Under the pieces are notes generated by a model, which was given only the letters and a program-made list of their open reading frames with translations, was not told the DNA's origin and ran no database searches. This document shows positions 18,154 through 28,174 of a stretch of DNA of 64,000 nt, piece after piece. A program made the position numbers and the translations under genes. Position 1 is the stretch's first letter; every line of letters begins with the position of its first letter. The DNA comes from Candidatus Eiseniibacteriota bacterium (GTDB lineage: Bacteria > Eisenbacteria > RBG-16-71-46 > CAVPCR01), in assembly GCA_963702435.1 (NCBI GenBank), contig CAVPCR010000005.1, positions 64,001-128,000 on the forward strand, read 5' to 3'.

Positions 18154-19512
18154 CTAGACCGGGCCCCCGTGACACCGGTAGAACTTCTTCCCGCTTCCAC
18201 AGCTGCACGGCGCATAGCGCCCGCCCGCGGCGTCCCGCGCCTTGATCCAGGCCATGACCTCCGGCGCCGGTCGCCCGGCCCTGATGAGGCGCGCCATCTC
18301 CTCCATCGCCGGGCGGTAGTGCGTGAAGAAGAGCTTGAGCCCCGCACAGAGATAGTTCTGGCCCGGCTCCCCGTCGTCGGCGGTCGCGAAGCGGTCCTTC
18401 GGACAGCCGCCGTTGCAGAGAGCCAGCACCTCGCACTCCCGGCACTGCCGGGTGAGCGTGTCCCACTTGTCGCGCCCGAACTTCTGCTGCGCCGGCGAGG
18501 CGATGAGCTCGAGCATGGGCGTCTCGTGGATGTTGCCCAGTCGATACCCGGGCTCGACGTAGTGGTCGCACGAGTAGAGATCCCCGCTGTGCTCGAGCGC
18601 CGGGCCCAGGCCGCAGGTCGGCGCATGGATGCACAGCTTGTAGGAGCCGAAGTGGGCCTCGAGTGTGACGTCGAACATCTGCACGTAGACCCGCCCCACA
18701 TCGTGCCGCACCCACTCCTCGAAGACATCGATGAGGAAGCGGCCGTACTGCTCGCCGCCGATCGAGCGCCCGGTGACCAGCGAACCGGTCTGCGTGTAGA
18801 GAAGCCGCTTCCGTCCGGGCTGCGCGCTCCAGCCCAGGTTCGCGATCGGCAGCGTCTCCGGAGTGGCCCGCTCGATGATCGGGATGAACTGGATCCACTC
18901 CGCCCGGAGCTCATCCCGGAAGAACGAGTACACGCGGCGGCCGTGATCGCCGTTGGCGGCGTTCACCGTGCACAGGATGTTGTGGGCCACGCCGTGCCGG
19001 CGGAGACAGCGCCAGCCCGCCATCACCCGGTCGAAGGTGCCCTGCCCGCCCCGATCGACACGGTAGACGTCGTGGATTTCCTTGGGTCCATCGACGCTCA
19101 GCCCGACGAGGACGTCGTGCTCCTTGAGAAAGGCGCACCACGCGTCGTCGAGGAGGACACCGTTGGTCTGGAAGGTGTACTCGACCGCTTGCCCGGGCCG
19201 GCGGTACTTCGCCACGAACTCGACCGAGCGCTTGAAGAAGTCGAGCCCCATGAGCGTGGGCTCGCCTCCCTGCCAGGCCACGGTCACGGTCGGGGTGCGA
19301 TGCGACTCGAGGAGCTGGCGGATGTAGGCCTCGAGCGTGGCCTCGGACATCCGCTGTCGATCGTCGGGATAGAGCGCTTCCTTGGACAGGAAGAAGCAGT
19401 AGGTGCAATCGAGATTGCAGGTCGAGCCGCTCGGCTTCGCGAGGAGGTGAAAGCGGGGCGGCAGCGCGGGGGCGGCGGGGGCGATCCGGAGATCCGGGGT
19501 CTGGGAGTTCAC
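18154..19512 (-). CDS. Anaerobic sulfatase maturase (radical SAM/SPASM) with C-terminal SEC-C motif
   Basis: CNLDCTYC, WQGGEPTL, YSCDHYV, CRECEVLALCNGGCPK, CSCGSGKKFYRCHG. Confidence 0.95.
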   Translation of the reverse strand: MNSQTPDLRIAPAAPALPPRFHLLAKPSGSTCNLDCTYCFFLSKEALYPDDRQRMSEATLEAYIRQLLESHRTPTVTVAWQGGEPTLMGLDFFKRSVEFVAKYRRPGQAVEYTFQTNGVLLDDAWCAFLKEHDVLVGLSVDGPKEIHDVYRVDRGGQGTFDRVMAGWRCLRRHGVAHNILCTVNAANGDHGRRVYSFFRDELRAEWIQFIPIIERATPETLPIANLGWSAQPGRKRLLYTQTGSLVTGRSIGGEQYGRFLIDVFEEWVRHDVGRVYVQMFDVTLEAHFGSYKLCIHAPTCGLGPALEHSGDLYSCDHYVEPGYRLGNIHETPMLELIASPAQQKFGRDKWDTLTRQCRECEVLALCNGGCPKDRFATADDGEPGQNYLCAGLKLFFTHYRPAMEEMARLIRAGRPAPEVMAWIKARDAAGGRYAPCSCGSGKKFYRCHGGPV

Positions 19513-19632
19513 GGTCGGGTCGCGCTCCTTCGGGGGGAACCGAGCAATGAAAACGGCTGCGGCCAGGGCAGGCGCCGCCCCTTCCCTGCTCGGGACAGGG
19601 GCGGCACCTCTTCTCCCTCGAGGGCGAGGCGG

Positions 19633-21138
19633 CTACGCGCCGCCGCTCGCCCCCTCTTCCATCTTCGCGATCACCTGGTCCAGGCTGAAGCTCGCCGCCT
19701 TCTGCCGCGGCGGAAACTCCCTGAAGGTCCCAAGGAACTCGGCGACGAGCGCCTGGGCGGGCACGAGCAGATAGACATGGCGGAACATCCAGTCGTAGAA
19801 GGTGTTCGACGTGAGCTGCGCCCGCTCGTACGGGTCCATGCGCAGGTTGAAGATGTACGGCGTGCGTAGCGTCACGAACGGCTCCTGCCAGATCTTCAGC
19901 GTGCCCTCGACGCGCTGCTCCAGGAACAGCATCTTCCAGTTGTCGTACCGCAACGCCGCGACGTCGCCGTCGTCGGTGAAGTAGATGAAGCCCTTGCGCG
20001 GGCTCTTCTTCTCCTTGCCGGTGAGGTACGGGAGCAGGTTGTAGCCGTCGAGATGCACCTTGAACGTCTTCGCACCGACCTGGTGGCCCTTCTTGAGCTT
20101 GGCCGCGACGTCGGGCTCACCCGCGGCCGCCAGGATGGTCGGGAACCAGTCCAGGTGGCTGACGATCTCGTTCGAGACCGATCCGGCCGGGATGCGTCCC
20201 GGGAAGCGCACCATACAGGGCACGCGGTACGCGCCCTCCCAGCTCGTGTTCTTCTCGCACCGGAAGGGGGTCATGCCCGCATCCGGCCAGGTGTTCATGT
20301 GCGGCCCGTTGTCGGTGCTGTATTGCACGAACGTGTTGTCGGCGATGCCGAGCTCGTCCAGGAAGTCGAGCATCTCGCCGATGTGCTTGTCGTGATCGAT
20401 CATCACATCGTGGTACTCGGACTGCCAGCGGCCGGACTGGCCGCGGCTCTCCGGTTTGACGTGCGTCCAGGCGTGCATGTGCGAAGTGTTGAACCACACG
20501 AAGAACGGCTCGCCGGCATCGTGAGCGGCCTTGATGAACTTCTTGGCGGCGGCGAGGAACTCCTCGTCGCACGTCTCCATCCGCTTCTTGGTCAACGGGC
20601 CGGTGTTCTCGATTTTCTGGCCGCCCTTGCCGTCAGCCCAGCAGTGGAGCACCCCCCGCGGTCCGAACTTCTTCCTGAACTCGGGGAAGTCCTTCGGGTT
20701 CGGGTAGTCCACATCCTCGGGTTCCTCCTCGGCGTTCAGGTGGTACAGGTTGCCGAAGAACTCGTCGAAGCCGTGCATGGTCGGCAGGTGCTCGTCGCGG
20801 TCGCCGAGGTGGTTCTTGCCGAACTGGCCCGTGCGATAGCCGAGCGGCTTGAGCGCCTCGGCGATGGTGATGTCCTCGGCCTTGAGCCCGAGTTCCGCGC
20901 CGGGCAGGCCCACCTTGGTGAGGCCGGTGCGCAGGCCGCACTGGCCGGTGATGAACGAAGAGCGTCCCGCCGTGCAGCTCTGCTCGGCATAGGCATCGGT
21001 GAAGATCATCCCCTCGTTGGCGATGCGGTCGATGTTGGGCGTCCGGTAGCCCATCATCCCCTTCGTGTAGCAGCTGAGGTTTGACTGACCGATGTCGTCG
21101 CCCCACATGATCAGAAAATTGGGCTTCTTGTCTGCCAA
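19633..21138 (-). CDS. Cys-type arylsulfatase, no signal peptide
   Basis: KPNFLIMWGDDIG, SCTAGR signature, GKNHLG, STDNG; TTG start with AGGAGG RBS. Confidence 0.95.
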   Translation of the reverse strand: MADKKPNFLIMWGDDIGQSNLSCYTKGMMGYRTPNIDRIANEGMIFTDAYAEQSCTAGRSSFITGQCGLRTGLTKVGLPGAELGLKAEDITIAEALKPLGYRTGQFGKNHLGDRDEHLPTMHGFDEFFGNLYHLNAEEEPEDVDYPNPKDFPEFRKKFGPRGVLHCWADGKGGQKIENTGPLTKKRMETCDEEFLAAAKKFIKAAHDAGEPFFVWFNTSHMHAWTHVKPESRGQSGRWQSEYHDVMIDHDKHIGEMLDFLDELGIADNTFVQYSTDNGPHMNTWPDAGMTPFRCEKNTSWEGAYRVPCMVRFPGRIPAGSVSNEIVSHLDWFPTILAAAGEPDVAAKLKKGHQVGAKTFKVHLDGYNLLPYLTGKEKKSPRKGFIYFTDDGDVAALRYDNWKMLFLEQRVEGTLKIWQEPFVTLRTPYIFNLRMDPYERAQLTSNTFYDWMFRHVYLLVPAQALVAEFLGTFREFPPRQKAASFSLDQVIAKMEEGASGGA

Positions 21139-21237
21139 CAGGTCCTCCTATCTCCAAATGGTTATCCGGCCCTGACGTTCAGTGGGGGCTACTTCGACCA
21201 TCCTGAGCACGCTGCACCGCCCGGGCGCAGCGGGCGG

Positions 21238-21765
21238 TCAGCGATCCCTGGGCCCCGCCTCCGGTTCTCGCGCCTCCCGCCTCTCCCGCGCCTGCGCCAC
21301 GCGCTGGAAGGCGAGCACCACGGCCGCGATGGCAACGATGACGAGGGCCACGCCGACTCCGAGATCGAGGATCCCCGCCTCCTCACCCCGGCGGCCGGCG
21401 ACGGCGCCGAGGAAGAGGATGGCCAGCATGACCACGACGACGGCAACCAGGTTCGCCTTGAGTTCCTCGAGGTTGCCGGCGGACAGCCAGCCCGGGAGCG
21501 GGATCCCGGGATCGATGAAGAGCTGATAGAGGCCGATCGCGGTGACCAGGAGAATGGTCCCCAGCAGGAAGAGATCGACGATCTCGATCATCTCGAGGCT
21601 CAGGAGCCGCGCCCCCTCGGCGTTGAACTGCGCCCGGGTGAACGCCTCCCCGATCATGGTCGCCGTGGTGATCGCCCCGAACACGAGCACGGCGCCGGCG
21701 GCCGCCAGGAGTCCCAGGACGGCGAGCACGACGACATAGCGGGATAGACGGAGCAGCGACCTCAT
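21238..21765 (-). CDS. YqhA/UPF0114 family membrane protein
   Basis: 4 TM segments; IEIVDLFLLGTILL...GLYQLFI...WL...LEELKANL. Confidence 0.8.
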   Translation of the reverse strand: MRSLLRLSRYVVVLAVLGLLAAAGAVLVFGAITTATMIGEAFTRAQFNAEGARLLSLEMIEIVDLFLLGTILLVTAIGLYQLFIDPGIPLPGWLSAGNLEELKANLVAVVVVMLAILFLGAVAGRRGEEAGILDLGVGVALVIVAIAAVVLAFQRVAQARERREAREPEAGPRDR

Positions 21766-21792
21766 GGGTTGTCTTCCTCGTGTTTCGCCTTC

Positions 21793-22149
21793 TCAGCCGA
21801 CCAGGACGTTCACGAAGGCGGCAGCCCCGAGCGCCCACAGGAGAGCAGTGAAGACCAGGGCGAGCGGCCGCGGCCGCTCGCCGAGCCGGCGCATGAACTG
21901 GCCGTGCTGCACGATCGCGAAGAACATGGCGATGAGACCCATGCCGATCAGGATCAGACCGACCGCACGCGGTTCTCTCTTCGGCATGAAGGCCTGCTCA
22001 CCGGCGAGCCCCTGCAGGAACTTGAAGAGGGTGAACCCGAAGCCGATGAGCGAGATGGCGGTGCGCACCCAGGCCATGAGCGTCCGCTCGGACGCCATGA
22101 CCGTTCGCTGGATCGCCAGGTGGGTGGCATCGGCGGCTTCTGGCTTCAT
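21793..22149 (-). CDS. DUF202 (YidH-like) membrane protein
   Basis: LAIQRTVMASERTLMAWVRTAISLIGFGF. Confidence 0.88.
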   Translation of the reverse strand: MKPEAADATHLAIQRTVMASERTLMAWVRTAISLIGFGFTLFKFLQGLAGEQAFMPKREPRAVGLILIGMGLIAMFFAIVQHGQFMRRLGERPRPLALVFTALLWALGAAAFVNVLVG

Positions 22150-22394
22150 CGGCCGCACTCTACATCACCGCCCGCCATGCGTCCAATGCATGAAGCTGAT
22201 GGTCCTGATGCCCTCCGCGATGGAATTCGATCCCCTGCTCTTGCGCCACGTCGCGGTCCTGGCCGAGTCCGGCCGTTCGTCGACCATCATGATGCTGGCA
22301 CGGACCAGGTTGTCGCCACGGCAACCGGCGCGGGTTTGACCGGTCCGGAGCTGCCTGGTACCCTCGATGAAAGACTCGGACGATGGAGGGCGTC

Positions 22395-24228
22395 ATGAAT
22401 GCGTCCCTGGCAACAACCCCCGCGCTCTACCGGGCGGTGCTCCCCTGGCTTGGCAGAACGCTGGCGCTCGCCCTAGCCCCTGCCCTCACCCTCACCCTCG
22501 TTCCCACCACCACCGCCACCGCCGCCGCCATCGACGCGGCGCTCGGGGATCAGCTCTCCGCTCTCGCCGACACCGCCCACGTGCCGGTGCTCATCTTCCT
22601 CACCAGCCAGACGCCTCTCGGAGAGATCGACGCCGAGCTCCGCGCCGAGGCCGCAACGCGAGCTGTCCGCCACGAACGCGTGATCGCCGCGCTCAAGGCC
22701 ACGTCAGAGAGGTACTCAGGGACCGCTCCTCGCCGACCTCGCGGCGCGGCAGGCGCGCGGGGAGGTGAGCGGATTCACGCCCTACTGGATCGCGAACGTG
22801 GTGGCGGCGAAGATGGGTGCCGCCGCCGTGCGCGAGATCGCACGGCGCTCCGATGTCGGCCTGGTCGCTGCCGACTCGCGTGTCACGCTCGCGGCAGTCC
22901 CCGGGAGCTCCGGGAGCGCGGGCCCGATGGCGATCGCCGGCGCCACGCCCGGCCTCCGCGCCATCAACGCGCATCGCGTCTGGCACGAGCTCGGGATCAC
23001 CGGTGCCGGACGCATCGTCTGTGGTCTCGATACCGGGGTGATGGGCAGCCACCCGGCGCTCGCCGCGCGCTGGCGCGGCGCCGAGCCCGGGATCCCGTGG
23101 CAGTGGGCCTGGTACGACCTGCTCGGCGGGAACACGCAGTTCCCGGTCGATCCGAACGGCCACGGTACGCACACGATGGGCACCCTCATCGGACTCGCCG
23201 CCGCCTCGAACGACACCCTCGGTGTCGCCTTTGGCGCCCGCTGGATCGCCTGCAACGCGATCGGCCAGGCAGTCGGCCCCGCATTCAACAGCGATGTGAT
23301 CGCAGCCTTCCAGTGGATCGCCGATCCCGATGGCGACCCGCAGACGATCGCCGATGTGCCGGACGTGGTGATGAACGCCTGGCGCGTGAACGAGCAGCTC
23401 GGATACCCCGACTGCGATGCGCGCTGGTGGGGGGCCATCGACGCCTGCGAGGCGGCCGGCTGCGCGGTCGTGTTCTCGGCCGGCGGCGACGGGCCCGGCG
23501 CGCGGACGATCGGCTCCCCGGCCGACCGCATCACGACCCCGACCAATGCCATGGCGATCGGCGCCGTGAGCGCCCAGGCGGGCGAGACCTTCCCCTACGC
23601 GATCGCGCCCTTCTCGAGCCGCGGGCCGTCGGGATGCGACGGCGTGACGAAGAAGCCCGAGGTGGTGGCACCCGGGGTCAACATCCTCTCCTCGACCAAC
23701 AACGGGTCCTATGCCTACTGGAGCGGCACCGCGATGGCCGTTCCGCACGTCGCGGGAGTGATCGCCCTCATGCGCGAGGCCGATCCCGATCTCGACGTCG
23801 CAACTGCGAAGCAGATCCTGCTCGACACGGCGCGCGACGCCGGCACGCCCGGCGAGGACAACACCTACGGCTGGGGCGTGATCGACGCCTACGCCGCCGT
23901 GAGTCGCGTGCTCGCCGCCCAGGGAATAGCGAGCGGCAGCTCGCCGGCGGCCGGGCGCCTCGAGCTTGCGGTGCAACCGAACCCCTTCCGTCCCGGCGCC
24001 GCCATGCGCTACGCCGTCCCCGCCCGCGGCCGGGTGGAGCTCCACGTTCTCGACGTGCAGGGTCGTTCGGTGAGGACCCTGCTCGATGACGTCGTCGAGG
24101 CCGGCGAGCACCGCGTGCTCTTCGACGGCCGGAACGACCGGGGCGACGAGCTCCCGAGCGGCACCTACTTCCTCCGTCTCCGGGCCGGCGGTCTCACGGC
24201 CACGGAGAAACTGGGCATCATCCGGTAA
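22395..24228 (+). pseudogene. S8 subtilase (bacillopeptidase F-like) with FlgD/T9SS-type CTD; frameshifted and lacking the catalytic Ser
   Basis: The signal/propeptide frame from ATG 22395 joins the catalytic frame only after removing one base near 22710-22714. DTG and HGTHT are present; GTAMA replaces GTSMA and SAGGD replaces (S/A)AGN. Confidence 0.75.
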
Positions 24229-24359
24229 GACCTGCAAGAGAGGTGGTAGCGCCGCTTCTCGGCAAACTCGATGCGCTGATTCATCGCTTGTGGTAGAATC
24301 AGCGTGCTTCTGCGCAACCCCTGAAGGGCTGAAGGACGACTACTTTCCCGGAGCTCGTC

Positions 24360-26645
24360 ATGCAGCGCTTTCTGTCCGTCGCCTTCCTCCTCCTGATCGG
24401 GGTCACTCACCCCTCAAGCACGCTCGCATCCCGGGCGTCGATCACCGGCCTCGTGCGTGACGCCGAGACCGCCGGGCTCCTCCCGGGTTCCGTGGTCGAG
24501 GTCGCCGATTGCGCCCGCGCCACCGCGACCGACTCGACCGGCCGCTACCTCCTCGGCGACCTCGCGCCGGGCTCCCACGAGATCACGGTCCGTCGCATAG
24601 GCTATGCGCCGCGTTCGTTCGAGGCTCTCGTTCCCGAAACGGGGAGCCTCGAGATCAATGTGGCGCTCACCCCGGAGCCGATCCGGATGGCGGCCCAGGA
24701 AGTGCGCGCTCCGGTGCTCGTCCGCGGCGCCGACGGCGGTGAGACGAGGGCGTTCCCGGATCGCGAATCCTCGATGACCGCAGTGCGGAACCACCCGCTC
24801 TCGAGCGAGCCCGATGTTCTCCCGGCCCTCGGCGGCGGCGAGGTCGTGCTCGACCCGGAGTCGCCCAACGGCATGCACGTCCGTGGCGGGTCGGCGGACC
24901 AGACCGCCTATCGGCTGGATGGGATTCCCCTTCTCAGCCCCTATCATGCCGCCGGGATTGCGAGCGCCCTCAATCCGGATGCGCTCTCCCAGGTCGCCCT
25001 CGAGTCGACGGCCCCGGCGCTCGCCTCCTCCCACGCCCTTGCGGGAACGGTCGACGCAACGACGCGGGCGCCGGGCGCCCAGCTCCGCACTCAAGGCAGC
25101 GTGAGCACGACGCAGGCCCGCGTGACGCTCGACGGGCCGCTCGGCGCCGGCGGGGCCGGCTACGTGGTGAGCCTGCGCACGGGACTCCAGGATGCGCTCG
25201 CGCCGCGGGACGAGGCGTCCTACATCGACAACCGGACGGCCGATGGACTCGCCAAGATCGAGGCCCCGGCCTGGGGCGGACGCCTGAGCGTTCTCGGGTA
25301 TGACAACGGGAACGAGCTCGGATCGGCAATCACGGCGAACTCGGAGGAGACCACGGGCGGCGATCCCGGGCGCAATGCATTCGCGTGGCACAGCCGATCG
25401 CTCGGCGCCGCGTGGAGCCGCGCCTTCACGAGGACTGCGGTTTACGTGCGTGGCTACGCGGTGACCGGCGACGCCGAGGCCTCCTGGGCCGCCCTCGTCG
25501 GACGGCTCGACATGACCGCGGTCCGGCGCGACCGCGGCTTCGTCGCCGGCGCCGAGCGCATCTCCACCTGGGGAACGTCCGCCGGGGAGGTGCGCATCGA
25601 GAGCATCTCGACATCGTATCGGGTCGATTCCGACTCCACCGCGGCGCCGGTCCTCCAGATGGCGGCGAGGACCCCGGTGGCGACCTTGAGCGGCTGGCAA
25701 TCCTTCGCCGCAGCACCCGATGTCGATCTCACGCTCTCGGCCGCGCTGGCCACGACGCGTGGCGCATGGCACGCGAGTCCGGGCGCCGAGGTCCGCTGGC
25801 GACCCCGAAGCGCGGTCACCCTGACCGGTCGCTATGCCCGGGCCCACCAGTTCGCGCAGTCGCTCCGCAACGCGGAGTCGGTGGTCGGGACGATGTTCCC
25901 CGTGGATCTGTACATCGGAGCGGGCGCCCCGCGGGTCCCCGTGGCCAGGAGCGATCTGGGGCTCATCGCCGCGGAGTACCGTCCCCGCACGAGCCTGCGT
26001 TGCGGCATCCAGGCGTACGCCCGGGCCGCGGACGGGCTCGTGCTCGTGGCGCTGCGCGAGAGCGAACCGTTCGCGACCGGCCAGTTCGAGATCGGCTCCG
26101 GCACGGCGCGCGGCATCGCCGCCGACGTCGCCCTGAGCGCGGCACGCTACGGGATCGTCTTGAGCTACGGGTACCAGGAGGTCCGTCTCGCGAGCGCGGA
26201 GACGAGCTACGTTCCCCAGCACGGGGCCCGGCACCTGGTCGAGGGAGGAGTGACCGCCCTGGTGACCCCCTCCCTCTCCGCTCGCGTCGGGGCCATGGCC
26301 GCGCTCGGACGCCGCACGACGACCGCGGCCGGCGGTCTCGAGTGGGAGGCCTGCAACCTCCTCGATTTCGGCTGCGAGTTCGCAGGCCATCCGCATTACG
26401 ACGGCGCAGCCCTCGGGGCGGCCAGACTGCCCCTCTACACCCGCGTGGACCTCGGCGTCCGCAAGCACTGGCAGCTCGAGATCGGGGCACGCGATGTGCA
26501 GCTCGCGGTGTTCGGAACGGTCACCAATCTCCTCGGACGTAAGAACACCATGACCTATGTCCGGGACGGCGCCGGCGGCGATCCGGTCGAGATCGAGATG
26601 CGGCCCCCGTCCCCGCTCGTCGTCGGGCTCGACTGGCGGTTCTGA
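24360..26645 (+). CDS. TonB-dependent receptor with N-terminal carboxypeptidase-regulatory-like domain
   Basis: Signal peptide; ITGLVRDAETAG..LPG; plug VRGGSADQTAYRLDGIP; RLPLYTRVDL, NLLGRKN; terminal WRF. Confidence 0.85.
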   Translation: MQRFLSVAFLLLIGVTHPSSTLASRASITGLVRDAETAGLLPGSVVEVADCARATATDSTGRYLLGDLAPGSHEITVRRIGYAPRSFEALVPETGSLEINVALTPEPIRMAAQEVRAPVLVRGADGGETRAFPDRESSMTAVRNHPLSSEPDVLPALGGGEVVLDPESPNGMHVRGGSADQTAYRLDGIPLLSPYHAAGIASALNPDALSQVALESTAPALASSHALAGTVDATTRAPGAQLRTQGSVSTTQARVTLDGPLGAGGAGYVVSLRTGLQDALAPRDEASYIDNRTADGLAKIEAPAWGGRLSVLGYDNGNELGSAITANSEETTGGDPGRNAFAWHSRSLGAAWSRAFTRTAVYVRGYAVTGDAEASWAALVGRLDMTAVRRDRGFVAGAERISTWGTSAGEVRIESISTSYRVDSDSTAAPVLQMAARTPVATLSGWQSFAAAPDVDLTLSAALATTRGAWHASPGAEVRWRPRSAVTLTGRYARAHQFAQSLRNAESVVGTMFPVDLYIGAGAPRVPVARSDLGLIAAEYRPRTSLRCGIQAYARAADGLVLVALRESEPFATGQFEIGSGTARGIAADVALSAARYGIVLSYGYQEVRLASAETSYVPQHGARHLVEGGVTALVTPSLSARVGAMAALGRRTTTAAGGLEWEACNLLDFGCEFAGHPHYDGAALGAARLPLYTRVDLGVRKHWQLEIGARDVQLAVFGTVTNLLGRKNTMTYVRDGAGGDPVEIEMRPPSPLVVGLDWRF

Positions 26646-26654
26646 TCCCCGCGC

Positions 26655-26687
26655 CTGTCACAAACCCGGCGGGTGTCGGGTTCCTTC
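26655..26687 (+). promoter_or_regulatory. Putative ECF promoter upstream of the sigma gene (autoregulatory)
   Basis: CTGTCACAAA-N15-GTTCCTTC; same motif and spacing as at 28098. Confidence 0.55.
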
Positions 26688-26781
26688 CGTGGAGGCCGGG
26701 GCGAGGAGTCTTGGGGGGGAACCGCCCCCCGAACGCGAAACCGCCGGGCCCGGTCCGGCACCGGCGGGAGATCGGCTAGCG

Positions 26782-27312
26782 GTGGGCACTTCGTCTTCGT
26801 TCCAGGACCGATTCGAGGAGCTCTTCACCGCGCATTTCCACCGGCTCTGGCGATTCATGGATCGTCTGACCGGCGAGCCGGATCTGGCGGCCGACCTCGT
26901 GCAGGATGCGTTTCTCAAACTCCTCGAGCGGGGCTCGCTGCCGGATGCGCCGGAGTCATGGCTGATCACCGTCACCCTGAACCTCTTCCGGAACCAGAGA
27001 ACGACCCGCGCCCGCCGTGGCCGGCTCCTGACGCTGGCGCGGGCCGCGGAGATCCAGGGCGACCCGGCGCCCGCTCCCGATCAGGTCGCGATGGCCGGCG
27101 ACTCACGCCGCGGGGTGCGCGCCGCGCTCGAGCGGTTGCCCGAGCGGGAGCGGGCGCTCCTCCTGCTCAGGGCCGAGGGCTACAGCTACCGCGACCTCGC
27201 GGCGGCCCTCGACCTGAACGAAGCCAGCATCGGAGTGCTGCTCGCGCGCGCCAAGCGCGCGTTCCGCGCTCACTACGAGGACAAGGAGGGCGCCGGTGAC
27301 GCACCTCGATGA
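26782..27312 (+). CDS. ECF sigma factor
   Basis: AADLVQDAFLKL, WLITVTLNLFRN, LERLPERER...GYSYRDLAAALDL; GTG start with upstream GGGAG. Confidence 0.9.
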   Translation: MGTSSSFQDRFEELFTAHFHRLWRFMDRLTGEPDLAADLVQDAFLKLLERGSLPDAPESWLITVTLNLFRNQRTTRARRGRLLTLARAAEIQGDPAPAPDQVAMAGDSRRGVRAALERLPERERALLLLRAEGYSYRDLAAALDLNEASIGVLLARAKRAFRAHYEDKEGAGDAPR

Positions 27313-28078
27313 AGAGCAGGTGCAGCGTGTCCTGCACGGCGAGCTGGCCGGCACGGAAGATGAGGGCTCGCGCGCGCACCTCGCCTCCTGCGCCACCTGC
27401 AGGGAGCGGGTCGCGGCGGCAGAGCGGGAGGAGAACGAGATCCACGCGCTCCTCGGCTCGCTCGATCACGAGCCGCCCCCGATCCACGCTCGGGCCTTCA
27501 CCGCCGCCGCCGCTCATGCCGCCCGCAGCTCTCGCGCCGCCTGGCGCCGGCGCGCCGCGGGGCTCCTCGTCGCGCTCGGCGCCGCCGGCGCGGCGTATGC
27601 GCTCCCCGGCTCGCCGGTGCCGGGATGGGTGGACTCGGTGGTCGAGCGGCTCGGATCCCTCGCCGATTCATCGGCGCGCCGCCCGGCGGCTCCCGCCCCG
27701 GCCGCGACGGAGCCCGGCCTGGGTCCTCAAGAGGCCACGACGGAGAGCCGGAGCGGCATCGCGGTCGACCCGGGGAGCTCGCTCCTCATCCTGTTCACGC
27801 GGGCACAGGACGAGGGGCAGGTCGAGGTCGTGCTGAGCGACGGCGTCTTAGTCCAGGTGCTGGCGCCGGCCGCTGCGGCCTCGTTCACATCGGATGTGAA
27901 TCTCCTCCGGATCGAGAACGCGGGCACCGCGGCCCAGTTCAGGATCGAGATCCCGCGGGCCGCGCCCCGGGTCGAGATCCGGGTGGCCGGGAAGCGCATC
28001 TTCCTCAAGGAGGGCCCGCGCATCACGGCGGAGCCCGCGGCCGCGCGCGGTTCCTACGTCCTGCCGCTCGCTCCCTGA
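27296..28078 (+). CDS. Zinc-finger (zf-HC2/ZAS) transmembrane anti-sigma factor
   Basis: H...HLASCATC (HxxxCxxC), one TM helix, periplasmic tail; overlaps the sigma gene. Confidence 0.85.
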   Translation: MTHLDEEQVQRVLHGELAGTEDEGSRAHLASCATCRERVAAAEREENEIHALLGSLDHEPPPIHARAFTAAAAHAARSSRAAWRRRAAGLLVALGAAGAAYALPGSPVPGWVDSVVERLGSLADSSARRPAAPAPAATEPGLGPQEATTESRSGIAVDPGSSLLILFTRAQDEGQVEVVLSDGVLVQVLAPAAAASFTSDVNLLRIENAGTAAQFRIEIPRAAPRVEIRVAGKRIFLKEGPRITAEPAAARGSYVLPLAP

Positions 28079-28097
28079 GCCAGGGCGCGCGGGCTCG

Positions 28098-28130
28098 CTG
28101 TCACAAATCGCTCCCCTCCCCTGCTCCCTC
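28098..28130 (+). promoter_or_regulatory. Putative ECF promoter upstream of the lipoprotein gene
   Basis: CTGTCACAAA-N15-GCTCCCTC. Confidence 0.55.
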
Positions 28131-28174
28131 TTCGCGGTCCGAACGATCTCGATCGGACCGGAAAGGGGGATCCG

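Noticed and set aside
22160..22380. Possible cNMP-binding domain remnant on the minus strand (MMVDERPDSARTAT)
   Set aside because: The resemblance is too short to support without a search.
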